Source of the DNA: Eledone cirrhosa
Taxonomy: Eukaryota
Reading direction: 5' to 3'
DNA length: 64,000 nucleotides
Assembly: GCA_964016885.1 (NCBI GenBank)
Contig: OZ024741.1
Span: 324,074,001 to 324,138,000 of the forward strand
The notes below the pieces were generated by a model that was not told the origin of the DNA, made no database searches, and saw only the letters and a list, made by a program, of their open reading frames with translations. Each line of letters opens with the position of its first letter. Within the stretch, counting starts at the first letter, position 1. The position numbers were made by a program, and so were the translations under genes. Of this stretch, positions 25,900 to 37,382 are shown in pieces.

Positions 25900-26400
25900 A
25901 ATTCTTGGCGTTCCTAGACAAGCACTTTCCTATAGGGCATACATACAGATCTAGCTTTAATAGACACACGGTGAAACTGATATTCCTGTACTAAAATATG
26001 AAGGCCGCCATCAACCTCAACAGCTTTCCCCCACCCGGATGCTCTTGCAGAAAGCCTGAATCATGACCTCTCCAACATCAGCGTAATACACCCACAGTCT
26101 TCTATGAGGGTGAAGTTACATCCATTCGGCCGAATCAACAGCAGGAGGTCAAAACATATATAGGCATATCGGAGGGCCGGTTTAAAAAACGCTTCTTTAT
26201 CCATCAGATGACCTTTAGACAGTCTGATAAGCGATCGTCCACGGGGGGCGGGGGGTTACCACACTAAGTAAGGTAGTCAGTGCATAACAGAGTATAAATG
26301 TTTAATATAGAAATGGCTTCTACAGGAGTAGAACTGTTTCATTCGAAGGAAATCATCACGAAACAGTTCTAATTCTGTAGAAGCCATTTCTATATTAAAT
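25900..26400 (+). mobile_element. Penelope-like fragment (RT C-terminus + GIY-YIG) ending in a ~40-bp-arm hairpin
   Basis: FLDKHFP..H.YRSSFNRHTVKL; YEGEV..KTYIGISEGRFKKRF..H..TF; inverted repeat at 26301-26340 / 26360-26400. Confidence 0.8.
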
Positions 26401-26789
26401 AAATAAATAAATAAATGAATATATATATATATATATATCATCTCTGGCTCTTTGGCATACACACAGCTCAAATTCAAACACAGATAAATAGAAACAAACA
26501 TTGTCTTACTTTCGTACACTCTCTCTACACGTGGGGTTTCTTTTTTAATATTATTTATTATTTATTATACTTTAACTACGAATTTTATCGTTGTTTTGTG
26601 GTCATTTGCTGAAGTAAGAGATTTAAATCAAGTTATTTCCAATGCAATAATTGGATTTAACCAATTAGATTTGCTAGTAAATGCTTGCACAGAAACAGTA
26701 ACAGCTTATACAGCAACTAAACATTTAAATTGCTTAGAACACAAAAGATGGTGGGTCAGATAAGGATGACAGACAAAACACATAACAAT

Positions 26790-27245
26790 ATACAGAACAC
26801 CGTAAGAAACATCATACGCGACACTATATACAGCATACACAACATACACACCACTACACACAACATACACAACACTACACACAACATACACAGCACTACA
26901 CACAACATACACAACACTACACACAACATACACAACACTACACACAATATACACAACATTACACACAACATATACAACACCATTCGCAACTTACACAATA
27001 CCTCACACAAAAGAATACACACCAAACACAACAGTATACACAACATGGATACACTTCATGTAGAACATCATACATAAAAGCATACAGAATATATACATCA
27101 AACACAACCTATACAACAACGTACACAACAACATACACAACATCAAACATAAAACCATACAGAACATACACAACAACATACACAACATACACAACATCAA
27201 TCATAAAAACCATACACGACATAAACAACAACATACACAACATAC
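26790..27245. repeat. AC-rich minisatellite, ~21-bp unit (cacaacatacacaacactaca)
   Basis: Direct reading. Confidence 0.85.
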
Positions 27246-27247
27246 AT

Positions 27248-27525
27248 GGTCAGACAGTCAACGAAGAGGACTATGTAGAGGTTTTAAGGCTGTTCAGAAA
27301 GATATTTCGTTGTAAGAGACCACAACTCTTCAAGTCTGATCAGTTCTACCTGCACCAGCACAATGCCCTCCTGCCCAAAAAACCCCCATCCCGGTGACCA
27401 CTTGACTAATATGGTAATAAAGAAAGACTATCTCTCATCCTATCTACAGTCCAGACTTAGCCCCATGCGACTTCTGGATTTTCCCGAAGCTGAACGAGAA
27501 GATCAGGGGTATCCACTTTGAGGAC
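27248..27525 (+). mobile_element. Mariner transposase 3' remnant
   Basis: GQTVNEEDYVEVL..KRPQL..YLHQHNA..YSPDLAPCDFWIFPKL..RGIHF. Confidence 0.85.
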
Positions 27526-28029
27526 ACCTTCTCTTTGGAAGTCTAAAAAGGGGCCTTCCAGAAGTAGCTGGAGCGCTACAACAAGTGATAAAAGCTGATA
27601 AAAGCCTTAAAACCTCTTGAGTGCACTTCGTATCATATACAACATATATTTTGCTGTTGGTGTTGTTTTCGTCATTGATATTATTAATGTCGTTTTTGTT
27701 CATATTGACGTCATTGCTTTTATTACTTTTTTGTTATTTTTCACTTTGTTGTTGTTGTTCTTGTGCTGGTGGTGATGATGGTGATAGTGCTGTTGAGTTT
27801 TGTAGGAATATACAAAAGACAGGGTCATTGGGGATTTACAAAACAACGAAAACAATTGTAAACAAATATAGCGGATAACAATAAACAATATAATTTTAAT
27901 AAATAAAAATTCCCAAATAAGGGAGAACACCACATAAAGGAGTCATAGGAACCCCACTGATCCTATACCTACCTTACTTTCAAAGAGCACCCTAGGAGGG
28001 CACACATCTCTTTAAACTCTCCAGCCCAT

Positions 28030-29630
28030 AGGTGCATGGTCACTCTCGCAACATTCATCTAACCTTTAACAAGTATACTGTAGGGCAGTACTTTCCATTG
28101 TAGGGCAGCACTTCCTTCTCCAGCTTCAGCTTCCTTTCCAAGTGAAACTTGAAAAAGTTGACGAGGGATTAGCCAAAGAAGAAAGTGTCTGTCTTCAATC
28201 CTTTCAGCGGTGTCAACCACACAACGTCTTTCGCTACAGCCACCAGATGGAAGAAAACAACCTGCCCTTCCCGACAAAAAGAAGGGACCAGGGTGATTTT
28301 CATGATGGGCTCGGTTTATAACTGGATCCGTCTTAAATGTGACAATAGCTGTTCGACAAAAAATTCTCAAGTCAGTAATTCAAGGACACTGGATGAGTGC
28401 GTGCATTTCGGGCAGGTTCTTCTTACAGCACTTCCGTGCCTGTAGAGTGTATCTCAAACCGACAGTGACCCCCCGGTAGCACTGCCAAACCGAAGGATTT
28501 CTGGAAGTTATCCATAGTCCCCGACTCAAAATCCTCCGGAACAATCTGTTCAGTTCGACTTTGTCGACGCCCAGGCCCTCTCCCCATGCGTTGTCACACT
28601 TGCCGACCACTAATCCTCTATGGATCTCAAGAGTTGAAGCTCCACTGACCGCAATGCCGGCCTGGTAGATGGCAACATTCCATCCTCGGCCTCTTCTTGA
28701 CCCAGTACTGCAGCCCAGTCAAAGACATGAGCTGTGGAAAGGCCTATCTCACAAACGGCAACCCCATCTGTTTACCTTTTAGGCAGAATATCTGGAGATG
28801 CCACAACCTCAGAACATGTTTGCGCATCATTAGCCATGTCATACTCAGCCTTCCGCGTAGAGAGTCTGGTAACAGATAGTCCGCCTCACCAACGGAACCT
28901 GCCCCTACTCAAGAAGTTGAAGAGAAGCCGTTCCAATTTGACGAAGCACGAATGGAGGCAAGGCATGATGTTCGGATGGTAGTAGATGACGGACGCGATG
29001 TACGCATTCGCCACCTTCACCCGATCTTTCAGCGAAAGCTTTCTCTCGGCCATTTCTGGGTGAGATTGGCTACCCTGTCCGTAACCTCGTCCCAATCCTT
29101 ATCCACCTGGAGCTCTGGTTCGAATCAGACTCCGAGAAACTTTCCAGGTCCGTCCGTCCAGCAGCGCTGTGGAACGTCATCGACTTGCTTTTCCAGGTGC
29201 AGCGCTACAAGCCCAGCGACTTTTCCGGGTTTAGTTTTGCGCCCGTCAACCTCTCATATTTCTCTAAGCATGTGCCGACTACCTCGATTTTTGAAGTGTT
29301 CGACACCATCGCAGTGATGTCGTCCGCTTATGCCGAAACAGCTGTTCCACGTCGGGATGCTCTGCAACAGCTCCAGCTTTCGCAGTAAAGGCCCGAAAGT
29401 CAATATGTATAGAAACGAAGAGAGAAGGCACCCTTCACGGACTGATTGGGAGATCTGAGACGCTTCCGAACGGTGGCATTAACTTTGAACACCGAGCAGA
29501 TGCCGCTGTGCATTACCGTGATCCAGCCTCTGACAGCGGGACGGAAGTCAGCTGCTTTGAGGACAGCCTCAAGGTACCGATGGTCGACTCTATCGAAAGC
29601 TTCGGATTGATCTAAATCGATCAGAGCCCC
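28030..29630 (-). mobile_element. L1/Tx1-like copy E (3' half of ORF2, decayed)
   Basis: Reverse-strand similarity to copies C and D: LD.SEAFDRVDHRYLEAVLKA, LSLKDRVKVANAYIASVIYY, VWQCYRG and FKFHL. Confidence 0.85.
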
Positions 29631-29654
29631 ACTGAAGTTTACACCCTACTCACT

Positions 29655-29930
29655 CGTAATGGTACTTTATTTTATCGACCCCGTAAGGATGAAAGGCAAA
29701 GTGAACCTCGACGTGATATTTGAACTCAGACTGTAAAAGGGCGTAACTATGTTGGAAAGCATGGCGTCCGACCCTCTACCGATACTGCCAAATAATTATT
29801 TCTACTATATGCACAAGTCCAGCAATGTTGGGGGAGGGGATTAACTTGACACCAGTGCATTACGTAGGGATGAAAGGCAAACCTAACCTCGGTGGGATAA
29901 TAATTGTTTCTACTTTTGGCACAAGGCCAG
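29655..29930 (-). mobile_element. tRNA-derived SINE copies (Octopus-type)
   Basis: Block ggtactttattttatcgaccccgtaaggatgaaaggcaaag..tttgaactc; its reverse contains a B-box-like GAGTTCAAA. Confidence 0.8.
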
Positions 29931-30002
29931 CCTATAATAATCTAAACTATAATAAAAGGTCTGCGGGACTGCGTGCGATTTATTTCTTTTATGGACACAT
30001 AA

Positions 30003-30730
30003 TAAATAATTATCGTGGGTAAAAGGTAGGTAAAATAATTATTGTGGGTAAAATAATTATTGTGGGTAAATGGTAGGTAAAATAATTTTTGTGGGTAAAA
30101 GGATGGGTAAAATGATTATTGTGGGTAAAAGGTGGGTAATTGATTATTGTGGGTAAAAAAGTGGGTAAAATAATTATTGTGGGTATGGTGGTGGGTAAAA
30201 ATAATTATTGTGGGAAAAAACGACCCCCTCCCCAAATATAAAACGGTACCCCCCAAATAAAAAACGGACCCCCAAATAAAAAAACGGACCCCAAATAAAA
30301 AACGGATCCCCCCAAATAAAAAACGGATCACCCCCAAATAAAAAACGGATCCCCCCCAAATCAAAACGGATCCCCCGAATAAAAACGGACCCCCCCCCCC
30401 CAATAAAAAAAGGATTATTGTGGGCAAATGGTGGATAAAATAATTATTGTGGGTAGTGGTAAGTAAAATAATTATCGGGGGTGAAATGGTGGGTAAAAAT
30501 GAGTATCGTGGGTAAATTGGTGGGTAAAATGATTATTGTGGGTAAAGTTGTAGGTAACATAATTATTGTGGGTAAAATGGTGGGTAAAATAATTATTGTG
30601 GGTAAAATTGTGGGTAAAATGATTATTGTGGGCAGTGGTAGGTAAAATAATTAGTGTGGGTAAAATAATTAGTGTGGGTAAAATAATTACTGTTGGTAAA
30701 ATAATGGTGGTGGGTAAAATGGTAGGTAAA
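30003..30730. repeat. Compound minisatellite: ~30-bp aataattattgtgggtaaaatggtgggtaa units flanking a ~21-bp ccccaaataaaaaacggat array (30230-30410)
   Basis: Direct reading. Confidence 0.9.
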
Positions 30731-31089
30731 GTGTTGGGTGAAATCAAGAAAGGGAGAAAGAGGGTAGGAAGTGGAGTAAAGGGGGGTAGGGAAAGAATGG
30801 GTTGGAGGAGGCAGAAGTGGAAGAAAGAGAGGAAAAACATCGAGGGATGGAAAAGAGGAGGGAGGACAGTAGGTTAAAGAAATAGGGAAAGAGAGGTTAA
30901 AAATGTGGAAAAGTAGGGAAGAGGGGTAAATAGGGATACGAATTATGAAAGTGTGGGAAAGAGGCGGAAAATGGTGTAATGAGGGAGAATCAACACCAGG
31001 AGGTCAATCACAAGACAATGAGGTCACGTAAAGTTATGTGTTTCTTTCACAAGAGATTTGAAGCAAAAGATACCATGTAACTACAATAG

Positions 31090-31435
31090 TAACCACGTAA
31101 TTACAATAGTTCTCCGGGAGAAACTCTAGGACCAACCACCAATAAACACCCTGGTGGTCGGCAAACATGATCAACTGTCCTGTATGTCTATGATCAGATC
31201 TCCAGTCAGATTCTTAATCTACACGAAGTAGAAGTCAGTGTTATCCCGGCATCTGCAAACGACCTCCGTTATAGAGAGGGGAGTCAGTGGCAGCTGCCAA
31301 TGATTCTACAATCAAAGCTTACAGAAGCTCACACTAATAAACATAGACATTCACCGTCGCTGATGCCCATCAGCCTATCATTGGAGAAGACTTCCTTCGG
31401 GCTCACTCACTGCTGGTTGATAATCATGGGAGTTG
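31090..31435 (+). mobile_element. Gypsy/Ty3 aspartic-protease remnant
   Basis: Frameshifted LYVYDQ..FLI.T..EVSVIP..AAND.TI.AY..FTVADAHQPIIGEDFL..HSLLVD. Confidence 0.7.
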
Positions 31436-31449
31436 GCTCCTAATAATAA

Positions 31450-31872
31450 TAATTGTTTCTACTTTTGGCACAAGGCCAGCAGTTACCCAGTGTATTACTG
31501 GTACTTTATTTTATCGATCCCGTAAGGATGAAAGGCAAAGTTAACCTCGGCGGGATTTGAACTCAGAATGGCAAGGACCGTAACTCTATGCGTCAAAGCA
31601 TGGCGTCCAACCCTCTACCGATACTGCCAATCCAACGCCCTTAATAATAATAATGGTTTCTTATATAGGCACAAGGCCAGTAATTTGGGGGGAGGGGAAA
31701 GTCGATTAAATCGACATCAGTACGTGGCTGGTACTTTATTTTATCGACACCATAAGGATGAAAGGCAAAGTTAACCTCGGCGGGATTTGAGCTCAGATCA
31801 TAAAGGGCCGTAACTCTATGCGGAAAAGCATGGCGTCCGACCCTCTACCGATACTGCCAATTCACCGCCCTT
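31450..31872 (-). mobile_element. Two tandem tRNA-derived SINEs
   Basis: Two copies of ggtactttattttatcga..aaggatgaaaggcaaagttaacctcggcgggatttga; tails read ggccttgtgcc..gaaac.attattatt on -. Confidence 0.85.
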
Positions 31873-31879
31873 AATAATA

Positions 31880-32420
31880 TCATGTGATAGGCAGTTTGAT
31901 CCACTGGCATCTACAACATTCGGAGAAGTGGTATGAGCATAAGCAGAGTCGGTGATAGAAAACGATCAGGTGAAGGTGCTATGGGATTTTAGGATACAGA
32001 CGGACAAAAGATTAGAACACAATAGGCCTGACCTGGTGGTTTTGGACAAGGAAAAAAGATCGTGCCTGATTGTAGAGGTAGCCTACCCATTTGACACGAG
32101 AGTGCAAGAAAAAGAGAGGGATAAAATTAACCGATACCAGGATTTAAAGTGGGAGTTAAAAAGGATTTGGAACTGCCATGAAATCAAGGTCGTCCCGATT
32201 GTCATAGGCGCAATAGGTTCTATCTCCAAGAGTTTTCAGGGATGGTTAAAGAAAATTGGCCCCTTCACGCTTTTTGGAACGCTTCAAAAGGCATGCTTGC
32301 TGGGAACAGCAAGAACCCTCTGATACGTCCTGAATATCTGAGGCTGCAGGTAGCGGCTTGATATTCATTTCAACAAACTTTACAGTTAAATAACATCAAT
32401 GACTGAGACTCAAAGAACAA
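31880..32420 (+). mobile_element. R4/Dong-like element, copy 4 (RLE 3' fragment)
   Basis: ORF 31952-32323 is nearly identical to copies 1-3; same 3' UTR followed by (AAT)n. Confidence 0.9.
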
Positions 32421-32837
32421 TAATGATAATAATGATAATAATAATAATTATTATTATTTTTATTATCAGTAATAGTTAGTAGTAGAAGCAGAAAGGGGAG
32501 GAGGATGAGAATGAAAGGGAGGTAGACGAAGAGAGCAATAATATGATTACTGCCATTATCACTTCCATTACTACTACAGCCTTTTTTCTCGCACTATCAC
32601 CGGTGGATGGCGTGCCTTTTTTCTATCACTATCACCTGTTGCTGGCAGTGCGGTTGCTGGTACTCGTTTGTTTTTCATCTAAGTGGACAAGCAACACGAA
32701 ATGAAGCGTATTGCTCGAGTATCATCACATCAGCCGGTCCTGGAATCGGACTAAACTTTTTACGTTGATAAACCTAATAAATATATATGTCATACGTTTG
32801 TAAATGGAGGTATATGGTCAATTGAAACGAAGGACTT

Positions 32838-33014
32838 GTGGTAAGGAACCAGATGGACAATAACGCACCAGACTACTCAATACTTAGGGTAGTAGAGTGG
32901 GTAATAGGAAAAAGTTTGACCACGATGGCAGAGCTCAAGCCGTTCAACGGCTATTTCTGAGTCCAGAAATAGCCGCCGAAACGGCTTGAGCTGTGCCGCC
33001 GGGGTCATTCTTTT

Positions 33015-33020
<6 letters not shown>
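32838..33020. mobile_element. Short hairpin-ended element homologous to the Penelope terminus at 61820-61970
   Basis: gtaaggaaccagatggac.ataacgcaccaga.tactcaa..cttagggtagtagagtggg is shared with 61820; ~55-bp-arm fold-back centred near 32961; followed by (TA)n. Confidence 0.75.
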
Positions 33021-33051
<31 letters not shown>

Positions 33052-33068
33052 ATATATATATATATATA

Positions 33069-33116
<48 letters not shown>

Positions 33117-33789
33117 TTTGATATTTAATATACTATTATATTATCTCTTCCACCCCATCACCCTCTTAAACCCCAGTGACCCATGGACCTTCTCAACACC
33201 CCCCGGAGGGTGGTAGCGCCCACTTTGAGAACCTTTTCTTTACAGCAAGTCCAGGCAGAAAGCTGGATTATTTTGGTATCTTACGTGCATTGAAACTCAG
33301 TACCAATCCGGTACTTATTCCATCATTAACACAGCCCCCACCAACACCACAACCATCACCACCACCACCACCACCATCACCACCACCAACACCACCAACA
33401 ATGACAACATGACGACCACCACCATCATAATACACGGAAAGAGATGAAACGGATATCGCGGGTGGGATTTGATCTCAGAATTTATACTGCCAGTGAGTAT
33501 AGACCGGCATTGATGTAACTAATTAAATTTAGAATACACTTAAACCATTTAGCCAGACGCTGTCACTGCATATCGATCCATGGCCATTGTGAAAATCACT
33601 TATTGATTCATTATACATGGATTTAATTGGTGTCATTCGAGCAGGAAATAACATTAGAGGAGAGTCGTCTGTTAGGGCGGAACTCAGCAATAAAAATTGA
33701 ATTATTTTTTAATCAAATTTCCTTTAGCCGCCATTTTTACGTGTGGCAGTTATTGGACGTAAATTATATGATGTTATGGGGTGTCTGAT

Positions 33790-35880
33790 GTAGTGCTGTC
33801 TGTGTAATGTGATGTGTAGTGTAGTGTTGTGTGGTGTGGTGTGGCGTAATAGAGTGTGGTGGTGTAGGGTGTAGTGTTTGGTGGTATAGTGTTGAGGGGT
33901 GTAGTGGTGGGTGGCGTAGTGTTATGTCGTGTTGTGTGGTGTAGTGGTGTTTGGTGTAGTGGTGTGTGGTGTTGTGTGGTGGAGTGTGGTGGAGTGTTGT
34001 GTTGTGTGGTGTAGTGTTGTGTTGTGTGGTGTAGTGGTGTGTGGTGTAGTGTTATGTCATGTTGTGTGGTGTAGTGGTGTGTGGTGTTGTGTTGTGTTGT
34101 GTGGTGTAGTGTGGTGCGATGTAGTGTTGTGTGGTGTAGTGTTGTGTGGTGTTCTGTGGTGTAGTGTTCTGTGGTGTAGTGTTGTGTGGTGTAATGGTGT
34201 GTGCTGTAGTGTTTTGTGGTGGAGTGTTGCGTTGTGTGGTGTAGTGTTGTGTTGTGTGGTGTAGTGTTTTATTGTGTTGTGTGGTGTTGTGTGGTGTAGT
34301 GGCGTGTGGTGTAGTGTTGTGTGGTGTAGTGTGGTGTAGTGGTGGGTGGCGTAGTGTTATGTCGTGTTGTGTGGTGTAGTGGTGTTTGGTGTAGTGGTGC
34401 GTGGTGTTGTGTGGTGGAGTGTGGTGGAGTGTTGTGTTGTGTGGTGTAGTGTTGTGTTGTGTGGTGTAGTGGTGTGTGGTGTTGTGTGGTGTTGTGTGGT
34501 GTAGTGTGGTGCGATGTAGTGTTGTGTGGTGTAGTGTTGTGCGGTGTTCTGTGGTGTAGTGTTCTGTGGTGTAATGGTGTGTGCTGTAGTGTTTTGTGGT
34601 GGAGTGTTGCGTTGTGTGGTGTAGTGTTGTGTTGTGTGGTGTAGTGGTGTGTGGTGGTGTGTTGTGTTGTGTTGTGTTGTGTGGTGTAGTGTTGCGTGGT
34701 GTAGTGTGGTGTAGTGTGGTGTAGTGTTGTGTGGTGCTGTGTGATGTAGTGTTGCGTGGGGTAGTATTGTGTTGTGAAGTGTTGTTTGGTGTAGTATTTC
34801 GTTGTGTGGTTTTGTGTTGTGTTGTGTTGTTTTTGTGTAGTGTTGTGTGTTGTAGTGTTATGTAGTTGTGTGTGGTGTTCTGTGGTGTAGTGTTGTGTGG
34901 TGTAGTGTTGTGTGGTGTAGCGTTGTGTTGTGTTGTGTGGTCTAGTGTTTTGTGTGGTTTTGTGTGGTGGGTGGTGTGGTGTTGTGTTGTGTTTTGTGGT
35001 GTAGTGTAGTGTGGTGTTCTGTGGTGTAGTGTTGTGTGGTGTAGTGTTGTGTGGTGTAGCGTTGTGTTGTGTTGTGTGGTCTAGTGTTTTGTGTGGTGGG
35101 TGGTGTGGTGTTTTGTTGTGTTTTGTGGTGTAGTGTAGTGTGGTGTTGTGTGGTGTTGTGTGGTGTAGTGTTGTGTGGTGTAATGTGGTGTGATGTAGTG
35201 TAGTGTGGTATTGTGTGGTGTAGTGTTTTATGTTGTAGTGTGGTGTAGGGTTGTGTGGTGTAGTGTTGTGTAGTGTTGTGTGGTGTAGTGTTGTGTGGTG
35301 TGGTGGTGTGTGGTGTAGTGTTGTGTGGTGTAGTGGTGTGTGGTGTAGTGTTTTGTGGTGTTGTGTGGTGTTGTGTGGTGTAGTGTTGTGTGGTGTAATG
35401 GTGTGTGGTGTAATGTTTTGTGGTGTTGTGTGGTGTAGTGTTGTGTGGTGTAGCGTTGTGTTGTGTTGTGTGGTTTAGTGTTTTGTGTGGTGGGTGGCGT
35501 GGTGTTGTGTTGTGTTTCGTGGTGTTGTGTGGTGTTGTGTGGTGTAGTGTTGTGTGGTGTAGTGTAGTATGCATTTGTGTGGTGTTGTGTGATGTAGTGT
35601 TGTGTGGTGTAGTGTTGTGTGGTGTTGTGTGGTGTTGCGTGGTGTAGTGTGGTGTAGTGTTTCGTTATGTGGTGTAGTGTTGTGTCGTGTGGTGGAGTGT
35701 TGTGTGGTGTGGTGTATAGTGTTGTGTCGTGCAGTGTTGTGTGGTGTTGTGTGGTGTAGTCTTGTGTGGTGTAGTCTTTTGTGGTGTAGCGTTGTGTGGT
35801 GTTGTAGTGTTGTGTGGTGTTGTGTTGCGTTGTGTGGTTTTGTGTTGTGTAGTGTTGTGTTGTGTGGAGTAGTGTTGTAT
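33790..35880. repeat. ~2.1-kb GT-rich pentamer-based satellite (gtagt/gttgt/gtggt) with higher-order duplications
   Basis: Direct reading; 33890-34260 recurs at ~34330-34640, and 34870-35000 recurs at ~35010-35140. Confidence 0.95.
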
Positions 35881-35959
35881 TAAACAGACATAAATATATC
35901 ATAAACATATCAACACATACAATACAATGAAGAACTATAGAAGGAAAGAATTCTTACCG

Positions 35960-36480
35960 CCTTCACCCGGTGTCCTGTCGCCATGCTGCCCTGAACGAGG
36001 TCATAAAGCATGGCTTGGACGCTGCAGGCTTCCTTTCCCAGCCTTAGCCAGTAGGTCTGGACCGAGGGGACGGCAAAATGCCAGACGGTATGAACATCTT
36101 CCCGTTCCGTGGTGGAAAACCCATCGTCTGGGATGCCACTTCCACCGACACTTTCTGCAGCCACAACCTGGTGCAGTCTGCGACTAACACATGTTCTGCT
36201 GCACGTCGGGCTTAGGAGGCCAAACTCGTCAAATAGCGATCGCTCTCCGACATGTTTGCCGTTGTACTCTTGGCAGTGGAGACTTCTGGTGTCCTCAGCT
36301 CTAGGGCAACCTCCCTACTCACCACCATAGGCGCTCTGCTGGCCAGCCGCAGGTGTGAGCCCCGCGAGCTGGAGTGGCTTTTCCAGCGCGTCTCCCTTGC
36401 CGTTCCCCGGGGAAACGCCTTCTCCATTCTGTCTGCCGGGGCTGTGGGGAGACAAGCCGATTATATTACGAATTCTGTTT
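35960..36480 (+). mobile_element. CRE-like non-LTR retrotransposon 3' remnant (RLE endonuclease)
   Basis: RHAALNEVIK..RGDGKMPDG..GKPIVWDATSTDT..AVETSG..LFQRVSLAVPRGNAFSIL. Confidence 0.8.
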
Positions 36481-36510
36481 ATTTCTAAACTGATCAAAGG
36501 CTTATATATA

Positions 36511-36870
36511 CTAGCTGACGTACCCAGCTTCGCCCGGGTAAACAGATAATAAGAGAAGACAGGTAAAAGAGAAAATGACTGCATTGGATGTTTGTCTGGT
36601 TACAGTATGAGGCGAGTCCGTGGTGTCTGTGTGATACAGAAAACAGTAAAAAAAATTCTTCCAGATATACCAGATTCCTCGTTGTACCGTTTGTGCATAG
36701 TATATGAACAATTCTAGGTGCTCCTATCTAGAATAGTGACCTCTAGGAGGTGGTTTATCTTCTGCCTGACTGTAAAACGTGTATCATTGCATAGACGTGG
36801 TTGTTCCACGTTTCTCAAAAGGATGACGGAAGTTGAAATCTTTTATATTATATGTAGATATAGATATAGA
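36511..36870 (-). mobile_element. 360-bp non-autonomous Helitron module A (copy 1)
   Basis: On -: A|TCTATATC...ACCCGG-gcgaag-CTGGGT acgtcag CTAG|T, i.e. 5' TC, subterminal hairpin, 3' CTAG and an A|T context. Confidence 0.85.
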
Positions 36871-37382
36871 TAATTAACATAAAAAATGTCTGTCAATGTA
36901 AAAAAAGGTCTCTATTTACTCCCTTCACAACTCTGTGTATGTTAGACTGACAGACAGGCAAACATACAGATAAACCGCATGGCGATTGTGGAACGCCACA
37001 CAGATACAAGCATGGAATCGCGCACACGCACGCAAACTTACACACGCGCACACTCACACATGTTGATAGTTTTTACTCTCTGTGGAACGCTGCTCGCACG
37101 CACACACACATAAACATACGCGCACGTACATACAGACGCACACATGTTAATAGTTATTGCTTTCCTTCACCTCTTATTTCCACGTACATCACACACACAC
37201 ACATGTCTCTACACTGATACGTATAGCGTTCACACTCCCCTCTCACTCCCTCATTGGCATTATGCATATTAATTTCAGTTTGGCGTCGTTGAGGTGGGCG
37301 GAGTCGTTTGAAACCTTTGAACCAATGATAATCGAGAATTATGACACACGGAATACTGACGTTGTTCAAATTAGTATATAGA
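36871..37382 (-). mobile_element. Helitron 5'-end module B (TCTATATAC...), joined to module A
   Basis: Same ~500-bp sequence recurs at 43100-43904 and 44560-45040, upstream of the Rep-Hel ORF. Confidence 0.75.

Noticed and set aside
30230-30410. Regularly spaced repeats resembling a CRISPR array
   Set aside because: No unique spacers, no cas genes and a eukaryotic context; it is a minisatellite.
31540-31640. tRNA gene suggested by B-box-like GAGTTCAAATCCC
   Set aside because: It is the head of a multi-copy SINE and no complete cloverleaf is evident.
33929-35908. Long C/V/G- or H/T-rich ORFs
   Set aside because: They are translations of the GT pentamer satellite.
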